This document shows, piece after piece, positions 10,220 through 19,844 of a DNA stretch of 59,263 nt. How positions within the stretch are numbered: position 1 is the stretch's first letter; every line of letters begins with the position of its first letter. The notes under the pieces are model-generated. The model ran no database searches. It saw only the letters and a list, made by a program, of their open reading frames with translations, and was not told the origin of the DNA. Origin of the DNA: a virus. Taxonomy: Duplodnaviria; Caudoviricetes. The DNA lies in IMG/VR virus record IMGVR_UViG_3300037096_000007, positions 1 to 59,263 of that record. The stretch is one strand, 5' to 3'. Made by a program: the position numbers and the translations under genes.

Positions 10220-10956
10220 TAACCGTAATCCTCTGAGGTCAGGCCTTGCAATGGATTTGCCGCGCTACCACCATAAGCGTCGCCGCTGAATATGTTGCCG
10301 CCACCATAATTCGAGCTAGAGCCGAGCGGGCTATTCGGGTTTCCATAAATTCCTGTATTGCCCCGGTTAAGCAGGCTGCTCAACAGCGTGGCGTTTCCAA
10401 TCCCATTTACACCGCCAGCCAAGGCATTTGCGGAACCAAGCGTACCTGCGGCCTGCGCTTGGCCTATTCCGGTCAAGGTATTGGTCGCCTGTCCGCTAAA
10501 TTGCCCCGCCGATCCAGCCAATGCGCCAGCGGCCTGCGCGCCCGTGCCATAGAGGCTGATAAGCGGATTTATGAGGTTGCCAAAATTTTGTTGCGCGAGG
10601 CCGGTAGCATAATTTGCACCTGCCGCAAGCGTGTTACCACCCAATCCGGTTGTCGTGCCGAGATTTTGCACGGCCTTTTGGCCCCAATCCTGAGCGAATT
10701 GATACCCCGGAATTTGCGATAGCGCAGCGGTTTGATTTGGTCCCGGCGTCAAGAGCGATGACAGAACACTGCCATATTGCTGTCCACCGCTAATATATGG
10801 TGACAAGGCCGATTGCGCCGTATTGAAAAATCCTTGCTGCTGCTGCAATGCGGCTTGTTGCGCGGCAACCTGCTGCGAGGATGCTTCCTGCGATGCGCTC
10901 GATCCGATCAGCGCCGCACCGATGCTTCCTGCTCCAATCGCTGCACCTACCGGCAT
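10219..10956 (-). CDS. DNA ejection/pilot protein (P22 gp7-like)
   Basis: Gly/Ala-rich N-terminus GAAIGAGSIGAALIGSSASQEA, PY..GG and PGYQF motifs typical of gp7-like proteins. Confidence 0.7.
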   Translation of the reverse strand: MPVGAAIGAGSIGAALIGSSASQEASSQQVAAQQAALQQQQGFFNTAQSALSPYISGGQQYGSVLSSLLTPGPNQTAALSQIPGYQFAQDWGQKAVQNLGTTTGLGGNTLAAGANYATGLAQQNFGNLINPLISLYGTGAQAAGALAGSAGQFSGQATNTLTGIGQAQAAGTLGSANALAGGVNGIGNATLLSSLLNRGNTGIYGNPNSPLGSSSNYGGGNIFSGDAYGGSAANPLQGLTSEDYG

Positions 10957-10965
10957 GGCGTTACC

Positions 10966-11415
10966 TCAATTTCCATACGAGTAGAATTGCGTTGCGGACC
11001 AGCATTGAAAACAACGCAACTTGCCATTTGCTAGAACGAACGGAGCACCGGCACCGAGAGCGTCGATTTGAAATGCGGCGGATGGCGGAAAAATGTTTTT
11101 GTTGGTGCCAGAAGCATTCACAACCCAAATATCATTGCCGGGTTGAAGATTGAGCGCGGCGGCAATTGCGACGCCTGTTCCAGCACCACCTCCCGTTATG
11201 TTGTTCCAATCTGTCGTCAATCCAAGCGCCGTTGCGAGCGTGGCCCCGGTCGCAACCAGAGGGTCACTGACGTTCGGGACAATCCCGGTGCCGGCTCCGG
11301 TGCGCTGATAAAGCGCATTGATAAATCCTGTTCCGTAGCTTGTGGTCGGTATGCCGTTTTGATCGACAAGTTGAGCGCGAGGCTGGAATAGCGCCTGAAA
11401 CTTTGAAATGCTCAT
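10966..11415 (-). CDS. Tail needle/plug-like protein with a C-terminal beta domain paralogous to 14000-14473
   Basis: Follows gp10; PRAQLVDQNGIPT N-terminus; ATGATLATALGL...GTGVAI...IFPP domain. Confidence 0.55.
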   Translation of the reverse strand: MSISKFQALFQPRAQLVDQNGIPTTSYGTGFINALYQRTGAGTGIVPNVSDPLVATGATLATALGLTTDWNNITGGGAGTGVAIAAALNLQPGNDIWVVNASGTNKNIFPPSAAFQIDALGAGAPFVLANGKLRCFQCWSATQFYSYGN

Positions 11416-12917
11416 GCGCCGCCTGGTATCGGTTCGATATATGCACCATTCAATGCGCCGGACATTTCGGCGGTTGAGCTAATCTCCAATACCCAATCGC
11501 GCGCCAAGCCATTGCCACGCCAACGCATCATCGAACGATAGCGGCCAGAGCTTGTCATTCCGAGCGGCCGATTATTTCCGTATGAGCCGCCGCCGTCGCG
11601 CGAGACGCGAAGGTTGACAGTGGGCGATGAAACCTGAGAGAGCGGCCCAAACCCCGTGCTAAAACCGGCACTCCACGGGCTAGTAAACGATACCGGAACC
11701 TCACCCGTCCCCGCTCGCGTTCCCGTCGAAACATCGGCAACAATTGACGATAGCGTGACGTATTTCAATTCGTTGGTGAAATGAGGAAATGACCTAATCC
11801 ACGGAATAGGCATCCCATTGTCCGTATAGGTGCCTTGGTCAATCTGATAAAGCTGTCCGGTTGCCCAATCCAGCGCAAGATTTTTCCCGTAAGCGTATGC
11901 CGTGAAGGTATTTCTGGCTCTATGCAACACGCCATTATTGTCGATTGAACAATCCTCGAACCATTGTTCGGTCGCTTGGTCGAATGCCCAAGTCTTATCG
12001 GCTGTCGGGAAATGCAATTCGTAGAATGAATGCCCCTCGATCTGATAAACCGACCCTATCGCGTCATCGACACGCGCATAGGTAAGAAGCTCTTTCTCAA
12101 TCGCGTGCGTCGAAATCCTGTGCGCCACATTCTGCGCATTGCCCTGCATGACCATACGGCCACCTTCGGGACTCTGACACAACCAATAGACGTTGCTGTC
12201 CATTTTCTGGACGGAATACACCGCCGCACAGCCCTGCTCGATGATAATTCCGGGCAGGATTTGAAACGGGAACGGGGTAGCTCCCGCATTGAACCACGGC
12301 TCGCTTTTTTGCGGGCCGAATATCCAAACCTCACGCTCAATTGCTACGCAGCAAAGGATGTTATCAGGCCACGCCGTCTTGACACCGATATAGAGCGCAT
12401 TGAACGTCACGGTATCGGATAGCGTGCAATACCATTGGTTCGTAGCAGGATTGTTAAGAATGAGAAATGAATCGATGAAATCAACCCGCGTCGATCCAAG
12501 GAAATTAGGATCGGTGATTTGCGTGAATACGCGGGTTTTCAGATTGATCGTATAGCCCTGCGCAGAGCCATCAACGAGAATGATATTCGTGCCGTTGTCC
12601 GCCATATAGGCAGGCGTGGAAGCGTTCGTGATGACAACGCCGATTTGGGTATATTTCCAATTCGGATCAATGTAATAGACCCGCTGCGCTATGACCGCGT
12701 AAAGATCGCCATTCGTAGCGCGATACAGACAACGGCCAGCGCCAATAACCCCAACATTACTAAGTAGCAGCAAACCAGGCCGTACATACTGCGTCGTCGG
12801 GAATGTCGGTTTTGTTTCCTCAGGGTTGCGTTCGGCATACAGATTGATCGACCGCTGGCTATTCGCGATATAGCTTTCCGATGAATAGGCCCCAGAATTC
12901 AGCGCAATTTGCACCAT
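11412..12917 (-). CDS. Packaged DNA stabilization protein/tail hub (P22 gp10-like)
   Basis: 501 aa; SINLYAE, EQGCAA, ISTHAIE, YQIEGHSFYELHFP and SRDGGGSYGN motifs of the gp10 family. Confidence 0.85.
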   Translation of the reverse strand: MVQIALNSGAYSSESYIANSQRSINLYAERNPEETKPTFPTTQYVRPGLLLLSNVGVIGAGRCLYRATNGDLYAVIAQRVYYIDPNWKYTQIGVVITNASTPAYMADNGTNIILVDGSAQGYTINLKTRVFTQITDPNFLGSTRVDFIDSFLILNNPATNQWYCTLSDTVTFNALYIGVKTAWPDNILCCVAIEREVWIFGPQKSEPWFNAGATPFPFQILPGIIIEQGCAAVYSVQKMDSNVYWLCQSPEGGRMVMQGNAQNVAHRISTHAIEKELLTYARVDDAIGSVYQIEGHSFYELHFPTADKTWAFDQATEQWFEDCSIDNNGVLHRARNTFTAYAYGKNLALDWATGQLYQIDQGTYTDNGMPIPWIRSFPHFTNELKYVTLSSIVADVSTGTRAGTGEVPVSFTSPWSAGFSTGFGPLSQVSSPTVNLRVSRDGGGSYGNNRPLGMTSSGRYRSMMRWRGNGLARDWVLEISSTAEMSGALNGAYIEPIPGGA

Positions 12918-13996
12918 TACCGAACAACGACAACCTTGAACGTGTCGCCCGTGATTTGAATTAGCGCGTTGCCGATATCAATAACGGCCGGAATTTTGGA
13001 GACAAGGCGGATAATGCCGTATCCCGCGAATGAGGCCCAGCGGTTGTACAATATCACAGCCTTTTCCAGTTGACCGCCGTAGATCATTTCCACACACGCT
13101 CCGACATGAAGATCATGGCAATCCTCATCTGCGTGTTGTTCATCGCACCGACCATGACGCTCGAATTCAGTCGCCACGCGATCATGAAAGGCGCGACCGG
13201 ATTGCATCAATTCCGGCGTCTTGCGCACCCAATCGTCATAGCGCAATGCACAGAATGTCATTCCAACAATGCCATCTGATACGGACGACCAGCAATTCTC
13301 GCGCTCGAATTCCTTGGTCCATCCGGCCATCGTAGCAAATATCCGCGCCGCACGATTGTTTCCCGGAATACGGGTAAGCAATGTCACGCAATCGGTATTT
13401 ACGAACATCCAGCGATAAGCGGCGCGCGAAACATAGAGAGCGTAACGCGAATCATCCCGCTCGGCCTTTAGGAAATTTGTATGGACTTCATATGTCCCAT
13501 CAGCCAACCAGCAACAAAGTATTCCACCATGATCGCCCATTAGCAAAACATTGCGCTTATCGGCAACAATCGGCGTTAGGTCCAGACTTTCCATTCCCTC
13601 GACAGCAACATATTTGAACACGGATGGATCATTGACAATCGGATTAATCTCACTGGCATCGAATGATCGCCTTACGAGACTTGTGGGTATTGCATCGGCA
13701 AGAGATCGTCCGGCAGATTCCCCGGCAAGACCGGCCACCAGAGGATGTTCGCCCGCTTGCGTTCCATCATCGCTAATAGGTCGCTCTTTTTCATGAACGC
13801 TATCGACGGGCGCGTTGGCGAATCCGGTGGCATCCGGCTCACTCGGTAAACTTTCGTCTGCGGATCGTACCAGCCGTAATAGAGGGGACGCTGGCGCATG
13901 GTCGATCTTCTCAGATGCTAAAACATCAACGGGCGCAGCCAATCGTTGCGCCCGTTCGGCCTCGCGCCGTTCTTTGCGTTTTTTGCTGCTTCCCAT
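12917..13996 (-). CDS. GNAT-fold acetyltransferase-like phage protein with a long disordered N-terminal extension
   Basis: YEVHTNFL...WMFVNTDCVTLLTRIPGNNRAARIFATMAGW resembles GNAT-like proteins found next to gp10 in P22-like phages. Confidence 0.6.
   Translation of the reverse strand: MGSSKKRKERREAERAQRLAAPVDVLASEKIDHAPASPLLRLVRSADESLPSEPDATGFANAPVDSVHEKERPISDDGTQAGEHPLVAGLAGESAGRSLADAIPTSLVRRSFDASEINPIVNDPSVFKYVAVEGMESLDLTPIVADKRNVLLMGDHGGILCCWLADGTYEVHTNFLKAERDDSRYALYVSRAAYRWMFVNTDCVTLLTRIPGNNRAARIFATMAGWTKEFERENCWSSVSDGIVGMTFCALRYDDWVRKTPELMQSGRAFHDRVATEFERHGRCDEQHADEDCHDLHVGACVEMIYGGQLEKAVILYNRWASFAGYGIIRLVSKIPAVIDIGNALIQITGDTFKVVVVR
13672..13899 (-). CDS. Putative overprinted 75-aa protein inside the GNAT gene
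   Basis: ATG after GAGAAGA; GC-rich third codon positions; globular-like composition while the host frame reads as low-complexity. Confidence 0.45.
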   Translation of the reverse strand: MRQRPLYYGWYDPQTKVYRVSRMPPDSPTRPSIAFMKKSDLLAMMERKRANILWWPVLPGNLPDDLLPMQYPQVS

Positions 13997-13999
13997 GGG

Positions 14000-14473
14000 C
14001 TATTTCGCCGACCAGACACCGTTTTTGGCACACGAAAACGTCTTGGCCGCGTAGGTCGTGATCGTCGTGGATGTGGTATTGTTGATCGTATCCTGCGCGG
14101 CGGTAATGCTGTTGTTCGCAATCGCCGGATACACGTCGATTGTATAGGCTGTATTGTCATTGAGCGTGATCTGAGCACCCTGAAAACACGGCGGCAATGC
14201 AACTCCGGTTGCGCCACCTGAGCCAGCCGTATCGACCTCAAGCAATGCAATGCCAGCAGGAAGCTGCAAAGCGGTTGCCTGGGTGGTTCCGACCGCCGTG
14301 AAAGCGTATTGGTATGAATAATTCTGACCGCTCGCCAATCCATTCAGCCACGTTCCATCAACGAGGCCGGGGCCTGTCGCGGGCGTTGGCGGGGTTCCGA
14401 CCACGGCCATTGCCGCGCCAATTGAAGCGCAGACAATTGCGCCGAGAAGCATATCGCGGATGGTTTTAAGCAT
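14000..14473 (-). CDS. Head-decoration-like small beta protein with signal-peptide-like N-terminus
   Basis: Likely start at ATG 14473 after GGAG; MLKTIRDMLLGAIVCASIGAAMA|V; TAVGTTQATALQL...TGVALP...VYP domain. Confidence 0.6.
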   Translation of the reverse strand: MLKTIRDMLLGAIVCASIGAAMAVVGTPPTPATGPGLVDGTWLNGLASGQNYSYQYAFTAVGTTQATALQLPAGIALLEVDTAGSGGATGVALPPCFQGAQITLNDNTAYTIDVYPAIANNSITAAQDTINNTTSTTITTYAAKTFSCAKNGVWSAK

Positions 14474-14486
14474 TGAATATCTCCGG

Positions 14487-15260
14487 TTAATAGTCGCCTG
14501 CATCGTCCGATTGGTACGAATAAGCTCTGTTCCTGTTGCGCAGAAATCCAGGCATCCGCAGCACGCCGACCTGTTGATTGGCGAGACGAATTGTATTGAG
14601 GGCATCACGCGCGAGACTGTCGATTGTCGGGTCAGCTGGCATCTGATAGCTCACCCGCACACGCCGCGCGCCGCACCAATTCAGGGCGGCTTCGTACTCA
14701 GGTGGGAAATTAATCGGTTGCTGTATGCTGCTGAAACGAGGCAGCACCACCTTAAACCCGACATGGATTTCATAAATTGTAGCTTGAGGCACCGGCCACG
14801 GCAGCAAGAGGCCAACCGGCCATAACGGATCATAGAAAATCCGCCATGATAGCGTGCCGATATTCTTGACCGTTATCTGCGAATAATCCTCATGGCTCTG
14901 AATTATTCGGAGCGGAATATCGACGAATAAACCGCCCGGTGGCGATTGATTCAGAAACCGAATAAAAGCATATTCAAGCCTATCAGGCCTCGGATTGATA
15001 TTGATCGGAGCATTAAACCCAACGCCATAGCTTTGAGCGCCGGTCGAGATAACCGAATAGTCCTGAATGCGATAAACCAGCCATCGCTTGCGTGCCCATT
15101 GCGCGAGAAGCCAATTGACCTGCGTAAACGCCCGATTGAGCATTGCTGGCTCAATCGCTTCATCGACGCCAATCACACCGGAATCGACAAGCATATTGGT
15201 GAGCAACGCCCCGCAGGTATCAACCGGAATATTTCCAGCTTCGGCGGGAGGGCCTGCCAT
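14487..15260 (-). CDS. Head-tail adaptor (P22 gp4-like)
   Basis: GVIGVDEA...LLAQW...PRPDRLE...PWPVP...FPPEYEAAL motifs; lies between coat and gp10. Confidence 0.75.
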   Translation of the reverse strand: MAGPPAEAGNIPVDTCGALLTNMLVDSGVIGVDEAIEPAMLNRAFTQVNWLLAQWARKRWLVYRIQDYSVISTGAQSYGVGFNAPININPRPDRLEYAFIRFLNQSPPGGLFVDIPLRIIQSHEDYSQITVKNIGTLSWRIFYDPLWPVGLLLPWPVPQATIYEIHVGFKVVLPRFSSIQQPINFPPEYEAALNWCGARRVRVSYQMPADPTIDSLARDALNTIRLANQQVGVLRMPGFLRNRNRAYSYQSDDAGDY

Positions 15261-15263
15261 TTA

Positions 15264-16082
15264 TCAGGCGGCTTTCTGCACTTCCGATTTCAACCGATCA
15301 AGGTTCCATCGGCCATCGACCTTGATGCCTTTGCGTTCGGCTTCGGCAACCCAAAGCGTTCGTTCTTGATCGGGCGTGAGATTGGTCAATGCAGGAGATT
15401 CGGCCTCGTCCTCAATCGGAACGTAATCGGTAAGCGTTTTCATTGCCGCAGGATCAGCTTCCGGCTGCAAGACCGTTTCCACAACATCCTTGGTCTTTTG
15501 CCAAGCCTGGAATTGCAGGAATTGATCCCACTGTGCCGGATCGACGGTCGAAGGTGCAGCCGGACCATTGGCTTTGAGCGCGGAGGCAACAGCCGCCGCA
15601 ACCTGCGGAATCAGCATTGCCACAAGCTCATTCTGTGCCACGACAGGATTAGCCGGCGAACGGATGTATTCCTTGCCCTGCGCAGCCTTGAGCGGGTCGA
15701 ATTTCAGCGTGCCTTCATACGGCTGCGGCCTCCAAAGGCATTCGTCCTTCCAATCCCAAACATGATCGCGACCATAGCGGCCACGCTCATCAATGGATGC
15801 CTCACGGTAGCAAACGCCCAAATCCGCCGCTTCGTTGGCGTCCTTGACCACGCGCGGTTCCTCGGTCGGATGATAAAGCCAAGCCGGGAATACGCGATAG
15901 CCGGTGCGATTGAAATAATGCGCAATGGCCTTGATGCCGCTCATATCCGGTATGACCGGCTTCGCCGCCGGAGGATTAAATGAAACAATATCACCATCGG
16001 ACAGCATAACCTTCACACCCTCCCCGGCAATATCCGGGGAGAGGACGCCGACTTCACGCCTGGACGGTAGGACGAATGCCAT
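15264..16082 (-). CDS. Hypothetical head-region protein with C-terminal GIKVDGRW small helical motif
   Basis: FPAWLYHP and GIKVDGRWNLDRLKSEV motifs, common downstream of podophage coat genes. Confidence 0.6.
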   Translation of the reverse strand: MAFVLPSRREVGVLSPDIAGEGVKVMLSDGDIVSFNPPAAKPVIPDMSGIKAIAHYFNRTGYRVFPAWLYHPTEEPRVVKDANEAADLGVCYREASIDERGRYGRDHVWDWKDECLWRPQPYEGTLKFDPLKAAQGKEYIRSPANPVVAQNELVAMLIPQVAAAVASALKANGPAAPSTVDPAQWDQFLQFQAWQKTKDVVETVLQPEADPAAMKTLTDYVPIEDEAESPALTNLTPDQERTLWVAEAERKGIKVDGRWNLDRLKSEVQKAA

Positions 16083-16085
16083 GGA

Positions 16086-16904
16086 TTACCTCCCCGTCCT
16101 TTCGGGCGGAACGGATTGCGGATTGGTATTCGGATAAGACGGCGCGGGCTGCGTCGGCTGGCCTGCCGGGTAATTCGGATTACCCGGCGCATTCGGATCG
16201 GGATATTGTTGCGCCGGGTTGCCGTGCTGGTTTAGCGGAGGCTGATAGCCGGGCGACGGCTGCATTGCCTGAGGAGGTAGACCCTGCGGCGGATATGTCG
16301 GAGGATTAGGCTCGGCAACCGGAGGCGGAACATAATCAGCCGCATTGCCACCATTGCCAAGCGTTTTGCTGAGACGCTCGCGCTGTTTGGTCGCCATGGC
16401 CTCCGCCGCCTCATGCTCGCGCGCAAGGCGCTCGTTGTTTTCCGTGACGCGCCGTGCGGCTTCCTCCTCCTCAAGAGCAGCCTGCTCGTCAGATGCCTCC
16501 TTATTCAGGAGCGTCACCTGTTCGAGCTTGATGCGTTCCACGTCGGCATGAACGGCACGACGGGTTGCATCATCAATGACCAGCACGTCGTTGCCATCCT
16601 CAGCCTTGGCATCGGACGTGGCGATCTTTTCCTCGTCCTCGTTGTCAACGAGCACGGTTACATCGCCATTCGTCCGGTCAACGTGGTAATTCGGCCAGCC
16701 CGGAACGCTGACATGATCGGGCGCACCATCGCGCTTCTGGCGAACGATCTGACTATCGCTCACCTTGACCCATTTCGGCCATTCGGGATTGCCAAACGGC
16801 TTGGCAGGCGGTGCTTGCTCAAGGCCGATAACGTGGCCGTCGTCTTTGTGGACGGCGAAGCCCGTTGCCGGGTTGATTTCGTGGTTTGCGGCATCAAAAG
16901 CCAT
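16086..16904 (-). CDS. Hypothetical protein (EWPKWV motif, coiled coil, Pro-rich tail)
   Basis: AGGAG RBS; ORF directly after the coat gene. Confidence 0.6.
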   Translation of the reverse strand: MAFDAANHEINPATGFAVHKDDGHVIGLEQAPPAKPFGNPEWPKWVKVSDSQIVRQKRDGAPDHVSVPGWPNYHVDRTNGDVTVLVDNEDEEKIATSDAKAEDGNDVLVIDDATRRAVHADVERIKLEQVTLLNKEASDEQAALEEEEAARRVTENNERLAREHEAAEAMATKQRERLSKTLGNGGNAADYVPPPVAEPNPPTYPPQGLPPQAMQPSPGYQPPLNQHGNPAQQYPDPNAPGNPNYPAGQPTQPAPSYPNTNPQSVPPERTGR

Positions 16905-16952
16905 GTGAGGCTCCTTTGTTTGAATTAACGTAAGGCGTCGGCATCCTCAATG

Positions 16953-18212
16953 CTACGGCGTACTATCGGCAACTTGGCACAGCCACTCGGGGCGAGGCAC
17001 ACCACTACCGAATAGCATATCTAATCTGTCTATCGGCTGATCTGTTGAGGGTTCATAACAGACCAAGGAACGCATACTCAGCCGATCATACTCATGCCGC
17101 GCCGCAGCAATGACGCCCTTTTCGTTCGGTGGAATCCACAACGGAGCGACAACAAGCGTGATCGCATCCGGCGCATATGCGAGGTTTTCACGATACGTGA
17201 CCGACGCATTGGCGAACGGCGTCAGCACAGCGTTATTCGCAGGCGATGCCGTGACGGTCATGTATTGCTGCGGAGTATAAGGGAGGCCCGCATATGGCAC
17301 CGACGATGCAGGCGGCACAATCGGCGGATAGAACGAGATCGACGTTGCGCCTGCCGCCGCATTCTGCGTGGCAACGAACTGCGCCAGCGTACCGAGGCTT
17401 CCGTAATTCACGCGGTTGACCGCATTGACGCCGGCAAGCGTGAACACATCACCAGCGTTGACGGTGCCGCCGAGCGCGGTAACGGTGAGCGTCTGTCCGG
17501 TCTGGTTCGCACCATTTACGGTCGCTGTCGTTAGCGAGCCCGTGGTATGTGACACAACCGACTGATCCTCAAACCAGCGGAATTGCAGCGCTTCGTACAT
17601 CATACCGCTGTTGTACTGATCGCTGATCGACTTCACCGGATTGAGCAATCCGCGCAATGCCTGCTGCACTCGGGTATCCGAACGCGGCGCCATGACCACT
17701 TTCCGCATACCCTGCTCGCCGAAATTCGGGGCCGAATTTTCCTCCAATAGCGCGCGGGCGAGAGCAAAAGGCCCGTCCGTTACCGGCAGAATGTTGTTAT
17801 TGGCGTCCACATTCGCGGTGATATTGCGAACCGCCGTGGCCGTATTGACCATGACCTGCAATGCGACGTTGCCAGCCAGCGCATTGACGCGCGGAAGTAC
17901 GATGCGCTCCATGTAATCGTCAACATCCAACGTGGTTTCCGCCGACGTGAAGGCAACGTCCACATGCCGCTGCGTCGCGACAGTGAGCAAAAATTGCTGT
18001 TCCGTCGTGTCCTGAATGGCAATTCCAGGACCGTCAGTGACAGTGTATTGGTTCGCATACCGGATGCGAAGCTGCGCACCAATCCGCGCGCCTTCGATGC
18101 CGAATTGCGATTCGAACTGGCGCGATACGTTTTGGATGAAATAGTTGGTATTCAGAAACATGCGAATTGAGTACCGAGTGATCATGCTCGGCGTAAGGAT
18201 GTTGTTCGCCAT
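16953..18212 (-). CDS. Major capsid protein (P22 coat gp5 family)
   Basis: MANNILTPSMITR, GARIGAQLRIR, QRHVDVAFTS, GDVFTLAGVNAVN, RLDMLFG...RPEW. Confidence 0.92.
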   Translation of the reverse strand: MANNILTPSMITRYSIRMFLNTNYFIQNVSRQFESQFGIEGARIGAQLRIRYANQYTVTDGPGIAIQDTTEQQFLLTVATQRHVDVAFTSAETTLDVDDYMERIVLPRVNALAGNVALQVMVNTATAVRNITANVDANNNILPVTDGPFALARALLEENSAPNFGEQGMRKVVMAPRSDTRVQQALRGLLNPVKSISDQYNSGMMYEALQFRWFEDQSVVSHTTGSLTTATVNGANQTGQTLTVTALGGTVNAGDVFTLAGVNAVNRVNYGSLGTLAQFVATQNAAAGATSISFYPPIVPPASSVPYAGLPYTPQQYMTVTASPANNAVLTPFANASVTYRENLAYAPDAITLVVAPLWIPPNEKGVIAAARHEYDRLSMRSLVCYEPSTDQPIDRLDMLFGSGVPRPEWLCQVADSTP

Positions 18213-18234
18213 CGGGATGGCTCCTGCTTAAACC

Positions 18235-18368
18235 GCGCCATCTCCAGGCGCTCAAATTTGGGGAGCACATTTCTGTGCGGGTTCGTGTCCAGTCCCGAGT
18301 TGGACAGAGGCGGGAAAACCGTGTGCTTAATGCCCCACGTTGGGCAAGCTAGCGTTAACCGGCGCTAG
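18235..18368 (-). ncRNA. Candidate structured 5' leader of the coat gene (five consecutive hairpins)
   Basis: Stems CTAGCG/CGCTAG, TGCCC/GGGCA, TGTCCA/TGGACA, GCACA-GAAA-TGTGC and GCGCC/GGCGC. Confidence 0.45.
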
Positions 18369-18390
18369 ACCGTGAAACCTTAGCTTCCGT

Positions 18391-18561
18391 TCAATCCATT
18401 GGCATCGGCGAACCTTGCAGTCCGCCGCATAGCCATACTGGCCAGAATAACGACCGAATGAGCGCTAAGCCGAGCGTCGTAGGCATCTGCGTATGCATTA
18501 CGAATATTGCAATGGCGATGAGCATGTAGCTGCCAATTGCCATATAGAGCGCTATTCGCAT
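18391..18561 (-). CDS. Small membrane protein (56 aa)
   Basis: TAATG overlap with the scaffold stop; MRIALYMAIGSYMLIAIAIFVM...SLFWPVWL. Confidence 0.55.
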   Translation of the reverse strand: MRIALYMAIGSYMLIAIAIFVMHTQMPTTLGLALIRSLFWPVWLCGGLQGSPMPMD

Positions 18562-19397
18562 TAACGTCGCATCGCAGCCCGCTCTTTCATCCGCGCATTG
18601 AATTGCGCCGTGAATTGTTCGTCCGACGCTTCGTCGGAATATCCATCAACCTCTTTCGAGGCGCTCGGCGTGACGACCGGAGCGGGCGCTGGAGCCTTGC
18701 TGACAACCTTCGGCGCCGGCTTCGGCTCGACAGCGGGGATGACGGGATCAACTTTCGGTGCAGCCGCAGCGGCGATTGCCATTCGTGTAAGCTCCGCAAT
18801 TCTTCGGTTTGGGTCCATTGTCACAAGGGAAGCGGTTTTTTCGAGGTCTTGGGCGAGAGTATTCAGCAATTCATGGGCCTTATCGTTATCGACCGCCATT
18901 ACCTGAGAGACAAAATTGTCATCGTCCGCGCCCACGGCTCCAAGGGCTTTAATCGTTTCATTGAATGTTGGGCCAAACTCTTTGAAGCCCTTTTGCTTCA
19001 TCGATTCGACATCGCGGGTGAATACGAGATATTGAGCGCGCTGTTCAACATCACCATTGGCCTGCGGTGAGGGCCGGCGCTGTTCCGGTGCGGGCGCGGT
19101 AGGATCAGGTTTTGCAGCCAATCGCTCAGCGAGGCTTCTAGCCTCGGCGGCTTCGCGTTCGGCGCGCGTCGCACGTTCCTCGGCTTCACGCGCCCTTGCC
19201 CGTAGGCCGGTAGCAATATGCATTGGTACAGATTGCGGTCTTGCAGGGACAACCGGCGCTGGCGGCTCGATAACCGGCTCGGGCGCGATGACAGGCTCAA
19301 TCGGCGGCTCCACGGCGGCAATAACAGGCTCCGGCGCCGGCTCAACCGGCGTGTCGGGAGCCTGAAACAGCGGTATTCGGTATTTTAGCAGGTTCAT
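18561..19397 (-). CDS. Scaffolding protein
   Basis: Pro/Glu-rich N-terminus, coiled coil, VSKAPAPAPVV C-terminal motif; upstream of coat. Confidence 0.75.
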   Translation of the reverse strand: MNLLKYRIPLFQAPDTPVEPAPEPVIAAVEPPIEPVIAPEPVIEPPAPVVPARPQSVPMHIATGLRARAREAEERATRAEREAAEARSLAERLAAKPDPTAPAPEQRRPSPQANGDVEQRAQYLVFTRDVESMKQKGFKEFGPTFNETIKALGAVGADDDNFVSQVMAVDNDKAHELLNTLAQDLEKTASLVTMDPNRRIAELTRMAIAAAAAPKVDPVIPAVEPKPAPKVVSKAPAPAPVVTPSASKEVDGYSDEASDEQFTAQFNARMKERAAMRR

Positions 19398-19406
19398 GGG
19401 CTGATC

Positions 19407-19844
19407 CTAGTGGCGTGTAGCGGCGGAATTCAGCAAAAGCGCGCGGAAATTCGGCACTTTTCCAAATCGCTCGATGATTTTCTTATTTTCGTTACGATCA
19501 CCGAGAAATTGCTGCGAATTCGGTGCGATTTGCAGCCTATTGTCGGTTTCCTGACCGTCCGCCAGCATCGCTTGCAGCACCAATGCAAGGTGCATCTTGC
19601 GCGCGTCCTCGGGCGGTGTTTTTGGGTCGCCCAACCGCTCCGCATATAGTTGGCGGCATGGCTCGATAAAGGTTTTCCAGTTCGCATCGGCGAATTTGTA
19701 TTCATCGGGCCAGTTGATACGGAATTTATCCGAGCGATTCATGCCGTGAAACTCGCCAGCGATTTGCTTGGCGTCATTACAAAGCATCCGCACCAGGCTC
19801 ATGGCCTCTCGTTTGGTGATTTTCTCGCCGTTGATTTCGATCAT
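19407..19844 (-). CDS. Hypothetical protein
   Basis: Coupled ORF between portal and scaffold. Confidence 0.6.
   Translation of the reverse strand: MIEINGEKITKREAMSLVRMLCNDAKQIAGEFHGMNRSDKFRINWPDEYKFADANWKTFIEPCRQLYAERLGDPKTPPEDARKMHLALVLQAMLADGQETDNRLQIAPNSQQFLGDRNENKKIIERFGKVPNFRALLLNSAATRH

Noticed and set aside
14946-15983. 345-aa plus-strand ORF
   Set aside because: Antisense shadow of the gp4-like and neighbouring genes; no recognisable motifs
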